A stretch of DNA of 64,000 bases, taken from contig CM060732.1 of the NCBI GenBank assembly GCA_030704615.1, forward strand, positions 13,206,001 to 13,270,000, written 5' to 3'. The notes under the pieces were generated by a model that saw only the letters and a program-made list of their open reading frames with translations, was not told the DNA's origin and searched no databases. Of this stretch, positions 53,500 through 64,000 are shown piece by piece. Source of the stretch: Takakia lepidozioides (lineage: Eukaryota > Plantae > Bryophyta). Each line of letters opens with the position of its first letter. The first letter of the stretch is position 1. Both the position numbers and the translations under genes were made by a program.

Positions 53500-54597
53500 A
53501 GAGAAAAGAGATGATGAGGACTCTAAGGATGAGTCAGATGAAGAAGAAGAGCAAGAAGAAAAGAACTAAAAAGGAAGAGTAAGAGAAAGGAGAAGTTGAA
53601 GAGGGATAACTATGAAAAAAGATTGGAAGAAATCTTGACGAAATATGCCAAAGAGGCTGCAACACATTGGAGGAAGGGTGGTTGGTGTGCAAAGTGCCAG
53701 AATGAAGGCCATACCACCACTGAATGCCACATGAAGGAGAAACAGTGTACTATCTGTAAAATGGATAACCATTCTACTGAGAATTGTTACTACAACAGAA
53801 GGACAGCTACAAGAGAACCTAGGCAAGTAAGGGTGCATCAGGTGCAGCCCCCAGCCAAGAAGAAAACAATGATCAGGACCACTATGGTAGGTCTGGTGGT
53901 TATAACAATGGCATGGAAGGGAGAGGTAATTCAAGAGGGAATTACCAAGGAAATTCCAGAGGCAACTATCAGGGTAATCCAAGGGTGAATTACCAGCCCG
54001 GGAATCAGGATTATAGAAATAATCCAAGAACAGACCAAGGGCGAGGGACCCAATGGTGAAGAACTATGTTACTATTGTAATCAGCCAGGACATCGCAGGG
54101 CAGCCTGTGTCATTCTGGATAAGACACCAGATGAGATGAGAGCTCCTGTGAATGAGGGTCCAGTGGGTGGCAGCTCACATGGTTAGACCATGTGTTGTAC
54201 CAGAAGTAAGTACAATGATAGTAACAAGAAGTAAAGCCAAACTAATACCTCCAGTAGTAGAGGAAGAAGATGATAATGAAGGTGGCAATGATATGGCCGG
54301 AAGATGAAGAGACTTGGAAAAGATGAGAAGGAATGCACAAGGAAGTGGCAGATACTATAGGAAATGCAGAAGAGTACTGATATTTTGTGGCAGATTCCTC
54401 TGATTCTGATGGAGAAGAAGAAGGGAGTGAGGAAGAAAGGAAGAAAAAAAGATGCAGACATGCAAAGTAATGAAGAGACTTTGGCTGAAAGTAATATGCC
54501 AGACCAAAGCAGAAATTACCATTGACAGCTATTAGCAGTGGGCACCTTATTGTAGCACACACTGTATCAAGTAATCAATCGGAATTGCCCAGGAGAC
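53500..54597 (+). mobile_element. Degenerate LTR-retrotransposon gag region with three CCHC zinc knuckles
   Basis: CAKCQNEGHTTTEC and CTICKMDNHSTENC in ORF 53596-53988; CYYCNQPGHRRAAC near 54067-54110; several stops and frameshifts; runs into the gap. Confidence 0.7.
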
Positions 54598-55097
54598 NNN
54601 NNNNNNNNNNNNNNNNNNNNNNNNNNNNNNNNNNNNNNNNNNNNNNNNNNNNNNNNNNNNNNNNNNNNNNNNNNNNNNNNNNNNNNNNNNNNNNNNNNNN
54701 NNNNNNNNNNNNNNNNNNNNNNNNNNNNNNNNNNNNNNNNNNNNNNNNNNNNNNNNNNNNNNNNNNNNNNNNNNNNNNNNNNNNNNNNNNNNNNNNNNNN
54801 NNNNNNNNNNNNNNNNNNNNNNNNNNNNNNNNNNNNNNNNNNNNNNNNNNNNNNNNNNNNNNNNNNNNNNNNNNNNNNNNNNNNNNNNNNNNNNNNNNNN
54901 NNNNNNNNNNNNNNNNNNNNNNNNNNNNNNNNNNNNNNNNNNNNNNNNNNNNNNNNNNNNNNNNNNNNNNNNNNNNNNNNNNNNNNNNNNNNNNNNNNNN
55001 NNNNNNNNNNNNNNNNNNNNNNNNNNNNNNNNNNNNNNNNNNNNNNNNNNNNNNNNNNNNNNNNNNNNNNNNNNNNNNNNNNNNNNNNNNNNNNNNN
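54598..55097. other. Assembly gap (500 N)
   Basis: Run of exactly 500 N, a typical scaffolding placeholder. Confidence 1.
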
Positions 55098-56718
55098 GGG
55101 AGATGGTCGGGGTTTGCGCCACTTGCAGCTTCATCAAGCTGTATCTCCAGCATACATCTTGGAGAATGTGCCACCTGATGGGTGATTCTAGGGCCAGGGT
55201 GATGGCCAGTGTGCATCAAGTCCGGTCGTGGCTTGGGGTCAGCAGTGTTGCTGGATGCAGCTGAAGTGGGGTCACGGGCTCATCGTCCATGCTGGTGGAC
55301 TAACTTGATACCACCCGCACATGTCAAGCGTGCATTTGATGGGGTGCAGCGGCCAGCACACCTCACGTGGATGGCATTTTGGACATAGGGAGGCAGTCTC
55401 AACGTGTGAGACACGATGACCGTTCGCTTTGGCAGTGGTCAACAGGTGGGTCAACCACGAGCAGCATACCTACACTGCTCAGCTTCCCAGGATCCCATGT
55501 TTTCGGGATGGTGGACCTAGCTCCTGTGGGATGCTCAGGTTGCAGCAGTTAGTGGAGCCTAATGCCGATGAGCGAGAGCGGGCTAGGGCGTTTTCCACTG
55601 GGACCACGGCAGTGCATTCTCTTTCTGAGGCATCACGTCGTCAGGTGTTGGGGACAAGCAATGGATCTCAATTGCTTGACATGGATTATCAGCTTGGCTA
55701 TGGCTGAACAAGTAGAGTGCGGAATGCACTTCCCTTGACGGTCTCTCTGCCTACCGAGACGGTACAGGCAGCGAGTGGGGGCGAGCCGGTGAGGACCACG
55801 GGGTGTAGACATCCATGGCGCACGTGGGAGGTGCTCGAGGTTCAGAGGGAGTTGGCAGCCAAGGCAGCTGTGATGGATGAGGTTGGGGATTCTTCTCGGG
55901 ATGAGGAGGTTTTCAATGATGAGATGATGGGGGCAGGATGAGGCCTTGTCATTGACTGAGCAGGAAGGGAGTACTGCTCAAGAGGTTGCAGCATAGCAAC
56001 CACGGAACGCGTCCTCTACCTCTAAGCCCACTGGACTTAAGGTTGCAGTTACGGAGGACAATTGGGAGCCTGACTTGGACCCATTGTCACCGGAGGAGAG
56101 AGACGACGTATACGGCGGTTCCTGAGGGCTTACAGGAATTGCTTTGCTTCAGTTTGAGGACTTGGGAGCACTGAAGGGTCAAGAGATCCGTATTGAGTTG
56201 GCCACTGACACGCCAATCTTTCGGATACCCTATAGATACAGTGACATGGAGAGGTCTTTGATTCAGATGAGGACTCAAGATCTCTGGGAGGCAGGTTTGG
56301 TGGAGCTCTCTGGTGGAGAGTATGCTTCAGCCACAGTGATGCCAGCCAAGAAGGATGTCTATGGCAATTGGACGGAGAGACGTATGTGCGGTGATTACCG
56401 CCTGTAAATCGTCAGACCAAGTCCGATAGGTATGCCCATGCCGACACCAGAGGAGATCTTTGATGCCATTGGGCATTCCAAGGTCTTTAGCACGTTGGAT
56501 TTACGATCCGGATATCACCAGTTGCCGATCAAGGAGGCGGATAAGCAAAAGACGACATTCTGGGGGATCAATGAGCACGGGAAGGATTGCCTATACCAGT
56601 GGCGGTTCTTACCATTTGGGCTTAAAAACGCTCCCGCTGAGTTTCAAAGAGTCATGGACAGGATTCTAGCAGGGGTGGAGTTTGCTCGGTGCTACATAGA
56701 TGACATCATCATCTTTAG
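55098..56718 (+). mobile_element. Older Ty3/gypsy element, pol 5' part (RT up to YIDD), frameshifted
   Basis: PYRYSDMER, VMPAKKD...[47 protein letters not shown]; frameshifts near 56160 and 56405. Confidence 0.92.
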
Positions 56719-57443
56719 TGTCGCGCACCTCACTTCGGTAAGCTCCCCTTCAAGTCATAGATACTCGCTTTGATGCGCGCGCCTGACTCCCAACCTGGCC
56801 GCCCGGGCCAACTTGGAGCTTCGGCTGCTCACCGGGACATAACGGTCCCCCTTTGCTCTCCCACTAAACCCTCCACCTATTTGGGCCTAGTGGAATTCCC
56901 TTTGGTTGATGGCAGTCCGGAACAGCTCCCCACTCTTTGGTCGCTTTCCGGCTCGCACGCTTACTCACTAGTTTTTGGTCACCAACGAGCTTGCACCGTT
57001 CTCGGGGTTACTACTCCCTATATATACTTCTGTAGCTGTCCGCAGGGGTTTCACAACCAGCCATGCCATTTTATGGCGAACCACCACGAAAACCCTCGAC
57101 TCCCGGTGATGAGTCGCGGTGAGTCTTGGCCCACTCACCACGACCCCTATGGACCGTGATGAGTCCCAAGACTCCCCACGACTCCCACCACGAGGTCTCC
57201 GCCCCATGGTGAGTCCTATGCCACCCCCACTAAGTCCCGCTAAGCTACCACCCCCTTGTGGAGCCACCCCCACCGCAACCCGGTGTGCGGGGCTCCACCT
57301 AGTGAGCGCCTCCGCCTCCTTGAGTGCCTTGGGCACTCAAGGGTGCTTTAGCCCCCCCATACCTATCGCTGCCGCTGCCCCCACCACAGGGGCAGCCCCT
57401 CATGTGTCCCGACCCCCTGCCCTTAAGGCAAAGGGCCGCGACA
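56719..57443 (-). repeat. 3' LTR (725 bp)
   Basis: Direct repeat of 62575-63303; by eye ~8 substitutions and 3 small indels. Confidence 0.97.
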
Positions 57444-58349
57444 CACACCCCTACCAACAGGGAGTCGATGTCCTCATCGACTTGTCCATTTTGTATAAAC
57501 GAACATCCAAGTTGTGGCGTCCCACATCAAGGAGTTTGTTTCCGCACCATGGCGTCCCATGGCAAAGAACCAAACCCCACACTTGACTCTTCTCTCCACT
57601 AGCTAGTTCGGCCGACTTCCTCCAAGTCCCGGCCAAGGGTGGAGCCTCTCCAGCTCCTCCCAGTGCACTCTTCTTGGCCTACTTCAAGGCCAAGGAACGA
57701 TCCTCCCCGAGGATCGAATCGCCTTACTGCAACAACATTGCTTGCGACCGCTCATGATGCCGCTTTTGGCATCACCTTGAGCAAGGGTTCGCCTGGAACC
57801 CTCTTTGACTAGGAAGATAACCTTGAACTAACCGTGCGCCCCAATCACTACAATTGGGTCCGCCTTGGAATGCTGGCCTGAGGTACGGGAACACGCCGAA
57901 GCCGCACTACGACTTCGTCCCGAGGCTACACGATTATAGTACGTGAACGGAAGCACGTAGCTTCCGCGTTAGCCCGCACTACAAGGCAACCGCCTCGGTA
58001 GCGCAGTTATAGTATGTGCACGCGCCAGGTGCGCACTAGCACGTGAACTCCCAAAGAAGGTGCAAGTTTCTTTGCCCCTTGGATGGGAGTCACCCGATTT
58101 TGGCACTGCGCAAACACACGATTAACCCAATTTACCTCTCCCACTTTTGTAAGCTAGCATGCATTCTACACACTAGCCAACCACACCATGCATCCCCATT
58201 CCAAACAAAATAGGACGCACAAAATTTGGAACCCATTTCCTTTATAACAAATTTTTGTACAATACAAGTTTTTGCAATTGGATTCCTAAGCTAGCTAAGC
58301 CGGGCTAAGCATGCATTTCCTCCCCCACGCTCCAAGGTTGATGTCCCCA

Positions 58350-61300
58350 TCAACGCTTCTTCCGCTTTTGAGGTCGCCCTTCGAAAACTGCAACCGCCTC
58401 GGATGCGTTTCCCATTTCGGAGGCACGCACCCAAGATGCCTCCACATGATGATAGCCCTTCCATTTGACGAGATACTCCGTTTCTCGGTTTTTGATCCTC
58501 CTCGACTTAAGAACTGCCTCCACCTCGTACTCAGGTTCATTTTCATGATCCAACAGCACAAGTGGCGGACGTAACACTTGATGCCGATTCGGACGCGCTT
58601 CATCTTTGAAGTAAGGCTTCAAAAGGGAGACATGGAATACTGGGTGCACCTTGCTGTTTGCCGGCAACTCCAATTCATACACATCCTCATTCATAACCTT
58701 CCGAATGCGAAAGGGTCCCGCATACGGAGGTACGAACTTCGGACTCACTTCCGGAGGTAGTCGGAAATTCTTGATGTTCAACCAGACCTCCGTGCCTGCC
58801 TCAAACTTCACTTCCCTCCGCTTCCGATTCGCCTGCCTTTCATACCGTTTCCTAGCTTTGGCAATGTTGTACTTTGCGAGCTTCAACAAACGCTCGCGTT
58901 CTTCCAGTACTGCCGCTACTGCCGGTTCCTCAACGTCTTGGGCGGCCCAACTTGTCGGCACCAGAGGTGCTTTTCCATAGACCAATACCAAAGGGGAAAC
59001 TCCCGTTGCGGAGTGTTCTGTGTTATTATAACAGAACTCTGCCGCGTCTAAGTGTTCCACCCAGTCTGTTTGGTCTGTCGACACGTAATTCCGCAAGATC
59101 TGCTTCACTACGGAATTCACTCTTTCTGTTTGGCCGTCGGTCGTAGGTCGGAAGGCGGTGCTCATCTTCAGCCTCCTCCCCAACTTCTTCCAAAGTTCCC
59201 TCCAAAATTTACTCGTAAACTTTGGATCGCGGTCCGAGACAATATCCTTCGGGACTCCATGATGCTTTAAGACGTGGGCGAAGTAAAGTCGCCCTGTCTC
59301 CTGCGCCGTTGTCGTCTCCTTGGTGGGGATGAAATGGCCCATTTTACTGAACCTATCCACCACCACCATGATTGCATCGAATCCTTTTGACAGCGGCATA
59401 GCAGTCATGAAATCCATCGAGACGCTTTCCCAAGTCCCCTCTGGAATCGGCAAGGGTTGTAACAGCCCCGCTTGCTTTTTGTACTCGCTCCGGTTTTGTT
59501 GGCATGTGGTGCATGTCTTGACATACTCCTCTGCCTCCTCCCTCAGTTTAGGCCAGAAATACTCTTTCTTCAAGAGTGCCGTAGTGCGCTTGGCTCCGCC
59601 GTGGCCCGCAAGCGGGCTATCATGGCATTCTCTCAAGAGGCTATCTCTGATCCCTCCCTTCGGCACGTAGAGACGCTTTTGCTTATACCGGAGCAGTCCA
59701 TTTTGCAAGTGGAACTGCGATTTAATCCCCATCCTGAAGTCCTGCATCACGGACTTTGCCAGCTCATCCTTCCGACAAGCCTTCCGGATCTTCCTTTGGA
59801 GCGCCGTCTCGCCCTTGTACACCAACAAGAGTTGCTGCTTTCTACTTAAAGCATCGACCACCACGTTGTCTCGTCCCAGTTTGTACTGGATATCCACGTC
59901 GAACACCGCCAAAGTATCTTGCCACCTAAGTTGTTTTGGGGACAACTTGGGCTGCGTGGCAAAATACTTCACCGTGACATTGTCCGTGAACACCTTCACT
60001 GGGTTGGAACCAACATAGTGGCGCCAAAGCTCCAGACAGTGCACCACCGCCTTCATCTCTTTCTCATGCGTCGGCCACTGTCGCTCCACTTCATTCAGTT
60101 TCTTACTTTCGTAAGCCACTGGACGTCCATCTTGCATCAGTACACCCCCAATCGCGAAGTCCGACGCATCTGTATGTATCTCGAACGGACGATCGAACTC
60201 CGGGATTTTCAAGACTGGAGCTTCCGCCATCCGCTGCTTCAATTCAGCAAAAGCTTGGCCACAAAAGGTGTTCCATGCCCAGACTTTAGATTTACACAGA
60301 AGGTCTGACAGCGGCCCCGCGATTTTGGCGAAATTTCTCACATACTTCCGGTAATAGGAGGCGAGTCCTAGGAAGGATCGCACTCCCGGGACCGAAGTCG
60401 GAGGCTCCCAGTCCAAGATTGCCCTCACCTTTCTGTCATCCATTTTGATCCCATCCTGTGTAATTACATGCCCCAGGAACTCCACTTTTGTGACCCCGAA
60501 TTTGCACTTTGAAGCTTTGGCATAAAGCTTCCCTTCTCGCAATTTCTGGAACACCCTTTTGAGGTGCTCCAGGTGCTCCTCCTTTGTTTTCGAATACACC
60601 AAGATGTCGTCAATGTACACAATCACAAAGTCATCCAACCACTCCTGGAAAAGGCTGTTCATCAGCGTGCTAAATGTCGCTGGTGCATTGGTGAGCCCAA
60701 AAGGCATCACCAAGAACTCATATGAACCATACCTTGTCCTGCATGCGGTCTTCTCCTCATCTCCTTCCGCCACCCGAATTTGATGATAGCCGGAGCGCAA
60801 GTCGATCTGGCTGAAATACTTCGCTCCTGCCAACCGATCGAAAAGGTCGTCGATCCTTGGCAAAGGGTACCGGTTTTTGATAGTCACCTTATTCAGAGCC
60901 CTGTAATCGACACACATCCGCAGCGTCCCATCCTTTTTATCTGCAAATAGCACCGGGGCTCCGTAAGGTGACTTACTCGGACGGATGTACCCCTTTGACA
61001 TTAGATCTTTGAGCTGAGTCTTCAGCTCGACCAACTCTCTGTGGCTCAACCGGTAGGACGCCTTGGCAGGCGGTTCCGATCCCGGTATCACCTCAATCTT
61101 GTGGTCAACTCCTCTTCGCGGTGGCAAGCCGCTTGGCAAATCCTCCGGCATCACATCATGGTATTTCTCCAAAATCCCCTTGATCCAATCTGGGCTCGGT
61201 TCTCCATCGCCTTCTCCCTTCACTTCTCTCATGTAGAGCAAAAACTGGGGCTCGTGTTCCTCCTCCACGGCCCACTCCCTTGCTGATAGAAGGTTTATTC

Positions 61301-62519
61301 GCCCTCCCACGGGTTTGGGCGTTTCCGAAACTCGTAAGACCTCGCCACCATTCCAACATGGCAGCGTGACTACCCTCTTGCGGCCATCTATAACCGCTCC
61401 GGATTTGCTCAAAAAGGTCATCCCCAAAATGAGATCCACTCCATCGATCTCGCAGACGGTGAAGTTCTCGCGTCCCTCCCAACTCCCCACTTGAAGAGGA
61501 ACATCGAACGCCAACCTCGTCGCCAATTGCGGTTCTCCTTTGGCAGAACGCACCTCAATAGCGGTCCCTACGTCAGTTGTCGGGAGTCCCAGCTTTTGTG
61601 CCGTTGACATGTTGTTGTCGCCGCGTGGCCTATCCCACTTCTTTTCCGGTCGGAAGGAGTCACCTTCCCGCCGGGTCTTCTTGTGGTTCAGCTCCGTACG
61701 GCCTTGTCTTTCACCCCTAGGGACATCTGAGAAACATTCAGCCCTCTCAATTGCCTCGTTCAAAGTCTTAGGTGGCTTCTCCTCCAACTTCCGCCTGGCC
61801 CATGGGGCCAACCCCGCCACAAAGTTGAAGACCATTTCTGGTTCCGCCATATCCGTGACTTCGAGCAACAGCACATTGAAAGCCTGGACATATCCCCGAA
61901 TGTCATCTGTTTGCTTCAAATTCCTCATCTTGTCCCGGGCAAGCCAGGACGCATTGAGGGGCACAAACTGTCTCTTCATCAATTCCTTGAACCCACTCCA
62001 GTTCAAGGTTTCTGGACTTGGACCTCGGTCGCGAAGGCGTTTCTGCCACCATTGTTGAGCATAGCCCCTCAAATAGGTGGGAGCCACTTCCACCCGATCC
62101 TCGTCACTTAACTTGGCCGCCCGGAAGTACTGCTCTAGCTCCAAGAGCCAGGTGTTGAGTGCCTTCCGATTTCGGACGCCCTCGAAGGTGCCGGGTTCCT
62201 TAGGCTTCACCTTAAACTTTGCCTTAGTGGAAGTGGCATTAGCCGCCCTCAACACGTCTTTTAGCGTCCCGCCAAACTGCGCCAACAACCCTTCCCAAAA
62301 GGCTGCCGGCATGGGAGGCATCTGTTGGTCGGTCGCAGCTCTCACGGATTCCTCGGACTCCGACTCCTCGGATTCCTCCCGCTCTTGAGCGGCCTCGTTT
62401 TTGGAAACGTGCATCGCTCCCTCAAACGGCCGCCTCGGTGACACGTCGCCCCCATCGGGCTCACCAGGATCATCATCTTTTGGGCCGTTCCGCTTTCGCT
62501 TTGGCTTGCCCGACCCCAT
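58350..62519 (-). CDS. Gag-Pol polyprotein (gag, truncated protease, RT, RNase H, integrase, chromodomain)
   Basis: Retrotrans_gag-like LRGYAQQWW / [10 protein letters not shown]; RT YIDD; RNase [13 protein letters not shown]; integrase [22 protein letters not shown]; GPF and [10 protein letters not shown]; chromodomain EYEVEAVL...EYLVKWKGY....SW. Confidence 0.95.
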   Translation of the reverse strand: MGSGKPKRKRNGPKDDDPGEPDGGDVSPRRPFEGAMHVSKNEAAQEREESEESESEESVRAATDQQMPPMPAAFWEGLLAQFGGTLKDVLRAANATSTKAKFKVKPKEPGTFEGVRNRKALNTWLLELEQYFRAAKLSDEDRVEVAPTYLRGYAQQWWQKRLRDRGPSPETLNWSGFKELMKRQFVPLNASWLARDKMRNLKQTDDIRGYVQAFNVLLLEVTDMAEPEMVFNFVAGLAPWARRKLEEKPPKTLNEAIERAECFSDVPRGERQGRTELNHKKTRREGDSFRPEKKWDRPRGDNNMSTAQKLGLPTTDVGTAIEVRSAKGEPQLATRLAFDVPLQVGSWEGRENFTVCEIDGVDLILGMTFLSKSGAVIDGRKRVVTLPCWNGGEVLRVSETPKPVGGRINLLSAREWAVEEEHEPQFLLYMREVKGEGDGEPSPDWIKGILEKYHDVMPEDLPSGLPPRRGVDHKIEVIPGSEPPAKASYRLSHRELVELKTQLKDLMSKGYIRPSKSPYGAPVLFADKKDGTLRMCVDYRALNKVTIKNRYPLPRIDDLFDRLAGAKYFSQIDLRSGYHQIRVAEGDEEKTACRTRYGSYEFLVMPFGLTNAPATFSTLMNSLFQEWLDDFVIVYIDDILVYSKTKEEHLEHLKRVFQKLREGKLYAKASKCKFGVTKVEFLGHVITQDGIKMDDRKVRAILDWEPPTSVPGVRSFLGLASYYRKYVRNFAKIAGPLSDLLCKSKVWAWNTFCGQAFAELKQRMAEAPVLKIPEFDRPFEIHTDASDFAIGGVLMQDGRPVAYESKKLNEVERQWPTHEKEMKAVVHCLELWRHYVGSNPVKVFTDNVTVKYFATQPKLSPKQLRWQDTLAVFDVDIQYKLGRDNVVVDALSRKQQLLLVYKGETALQRKIRKACRKDELAKSVMQDFRMGIKSQFHLQNGLLRYKQKRLYVPKGGIRDSLLRECHDSPLAGHGGAKRTTALLKKEYFWPKLREEAEEYVKTCTTCQQNRSEYKKQAGLLQPLPIPEGTWESVSMDFMTAMPLSKGFDAIMVVVDRFSKMGHFIPTKETTTAQETGRLYFAHVLKHHGVPKDIVSDRDPKFTSKFWRELWKKLGRRLKMSTAFRPTTDGQTERVNSVVKQILRNYVSTDQTDWVEHLDAAEFCYNNTEHSATGVSPLVLVYGKAPLVPTSWAAQDVEEPAVAAVLEERERLLKLAKYNIAKARKRYERQANRKRREVKFEAGTEVWLNIKNFRLPPEVSPKFVPPYAGPFRIRKVMNEDVYELELPANSKVHPVFHVSLLKPYFKDEARPNRHQVLRPPLVLLDHENEPEYEVEAVLKSRRIKNRETEYLVKWKGYHHVEASWVRASEMGNASEAVAVFEGRPQKRKKR

Positions 62520-62560
62520 GATGAGGCCAATCCCAAGGACGATCGCGTACTGAACTCTAA

Positions 62561-62572
62561 GCTCTGATACCA
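62561..62572 (-). promoter_or_regulatory. Primer binding site for initiator tRNA-Met
   Basis: Minus strand TGGTATCAGAGC, 2 nt inside the 5' LTR boundary. Confidence 0.93.
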
Positions 62573-62574
62573 AG

Positions 62575-63303
62575 TGTCACGCACCTCACTTCGGTAAGCT
62601 CCCCTTCAAGTCATAGATACTCGCTTTGATGCGCGCGCCTGACTCCCAACCTGGCTGCCCGGGCCAACTTGGAGCTTCGGCTGCTCACCGGGACATAACG
62701 GTCCCCCCTTTGCTCTCCCACTAAACCCTCCACCTATTTGGGCCTAGTGGAATTCCCTTTGGTTGATGGCAGTCCGGAACAGCTCCCCACTCTTTGGTCG
62801 TTTTCCGACTCGCACGCTTACTCACTAGCTTTTGGTCACCAACGGGCTTGCACCGTTCTCGGGGTTACTACTCCCTATATATACTTCTGTAGCTGTCCGC
62901 AGGGGTTTCACAACCAGCCATGCCATTTTATGGCGAACCACCACGAAAACCCTCGACTCCCGGTGATGAGTCGCGGTGAGTCTTGGCCCACTCACCACGA
63001 CCCCTATGGACCGTGATGAGTCCCAAGACTCCCCACGACTCCCACCACGAGGTCTCCGCCCCCATGGTGAGTCCTATGCCACCCCCACTAAGTCCCGCTA
63101 AGCTACCACCACCCCTTGTGGAGCCACCCCCACCGCAACCCGGTGTGCGGGGCTCCACCTAGTGAGCGCCTCCGCCTCCTTGAGTGCCTTGGGCACTCAA
63201 GGGTGCTTTAGCCCCCCCATACCTATCGCTGCCGCTGCCCCCACCACAGGGGCAGCCCCTCATGTGTCTCGACCCCCTGCCCTTAAGGCAAAGGGCCGTG
63301 ACA
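62575..63303 (-). repeat. 5' LTR (729 bp)
   Basis: Direct repeat of 56719-57443; adjacent to the PBS. Confidence 0.97.
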
Positions 63304-64000
63304 TTTAGTGCTACGGTGGAGGAGCATGAGAGACACCTTCAGGGGGTATTTGAGCGCTTGAGGGCGCACGGATTGAAGTTACATCCGGGAAAGTGCAAGT
63401 TTTTCCACAACCAGATTGAGTATCTGGGTCACATGATATATCCTGGAGGATTGGGGGTACATCAGACTAAGGTAGAGTCCATTGCACAGGTTCCACGCCC
63501 CACGGATGTGAGCCGAGTTCGAGCTTTCATGGGGTTAGCAAACTATTACAGACGGTTTGTTAAGGGATTTAGTGCCATTGCAAAGGCTCTAACCAAGCTG
63601 ACCAAGGTGGACCAGGAGTGGCAGTGGGAAGATGAGCAAGAACAAGCTTTTGAAGAGCTCAAGGCGAGGTTGACCTCGGCACCCATCTTGAGACGACCTA
63701 TCAGGGGGCGTCCTTTTCAGCTGCATACAGATTGGAGCATGCTGGGGCTTGGAGCAGTGCTCTTACAGGTGGATGATGAGGGAAGAGAGTTCGTAGTGGC
63801 TTATGCTAGCCGCTCGAACAATGCTGCAGAGTCTAAGTATAGCTCATATGAGGGAGAATGCTTAGCTGCAGTGTGGGCCGTGGCACACTTCAAGTGCTAT
63901 CTATACGGCAATCTCTTCACCCTTGTCACGGATCACCAACCACTCAAGTGGTTGATGGAGTCAGACAAGGTTACGGGGATGCTTGCACGGTAGGCACTCA
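63304..64000 (+). mobile_element. Older Ty3/gypsy element, pol continuation (RT C-terminus, RNase H)
   Basis: Resumes in frame after the TSD: FSATVEEHERHL...GKCKF...YLGH...NYYRRFVKGFS...LHTDWS...AYASRS...EGECLAAVWA...TDHQPLKWL; TAG at 63991-63993. Confidence 0.92.

Larger units (their letters stand above)
56719..63303 (-). mobile_element. Full-length chromovirus-type Ty3/gypsy LTR retrotransposon (6585 bp), recent insertion
   Basis: TG...CA LTRs 56719-57443 and 62575-63303; 5-bp TSD TTTAG (56714-56718, 63304-63308); PBS TGGTATCAGAGC; purine-rich tract next to the 3' LTR; single gag-pol ORF. Confidence 0.98.

Noticed and set aside
54522-55219. ORFs spanning the N run; continuity of the gag relic with the downstream pol
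   Set aside because: Translations are X-filled, and the true gap size and linkage are unknown.
57100-57200. Hammerhead ribozyme (retrozyme) in the LTR, suggested by two gtgatgagtc motifs
   Set aside because: The core needs CTGATGA plus a downstream GAAA; here it is GTGATGA with no properly placed GAAA.
63184-63993. 269-aa ORF as a standalone gene
   Set aside because: Chance fusion of LTR sequence with the interrupted host pol frame.

Overview
Eukaryotic, intron-rich, transposon-dense DNA, most likely from a non-seed land plant (inferred from gene content and TE types). Host genes: an intact 4-exon class III peroxidase (-), a 7-exon UTP6 homologue (-) disrupted by internal tandem duplications, an intact 15-exon CCD-like carotenoid oxygenase (+) and a truncated PLS-type PPR fragment. 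The main structure is a complete 15.1-kb Mutator-like element (17418-32556) with ~0.85-kb TIRs and a 9-bp TSD. It carries a decayed SWIM/DDE transposase resembling the plant At1g60560/At4g13970-type SWIM proteins, a convergent Zn-finger/Ulp1 protease gene, a small Cys/His-rich third ORF, and dense GATCCCC motif arrays in its non-coding parts. Other elements: a ~245-bp tandem array before a hAT remnant, a TTAA-flanked piggyBac-like element nested in a MITE TIR inside a CCD intron, a possible Crypton-like ORF at the left edge, a 500-N gap, and a young chromovirus LTR retrotransposon lacking its protease active site nested in the RT of an older Ty3/gypsy. Exon models and family assignments were made by eye and from recalled motifs, without database searches.
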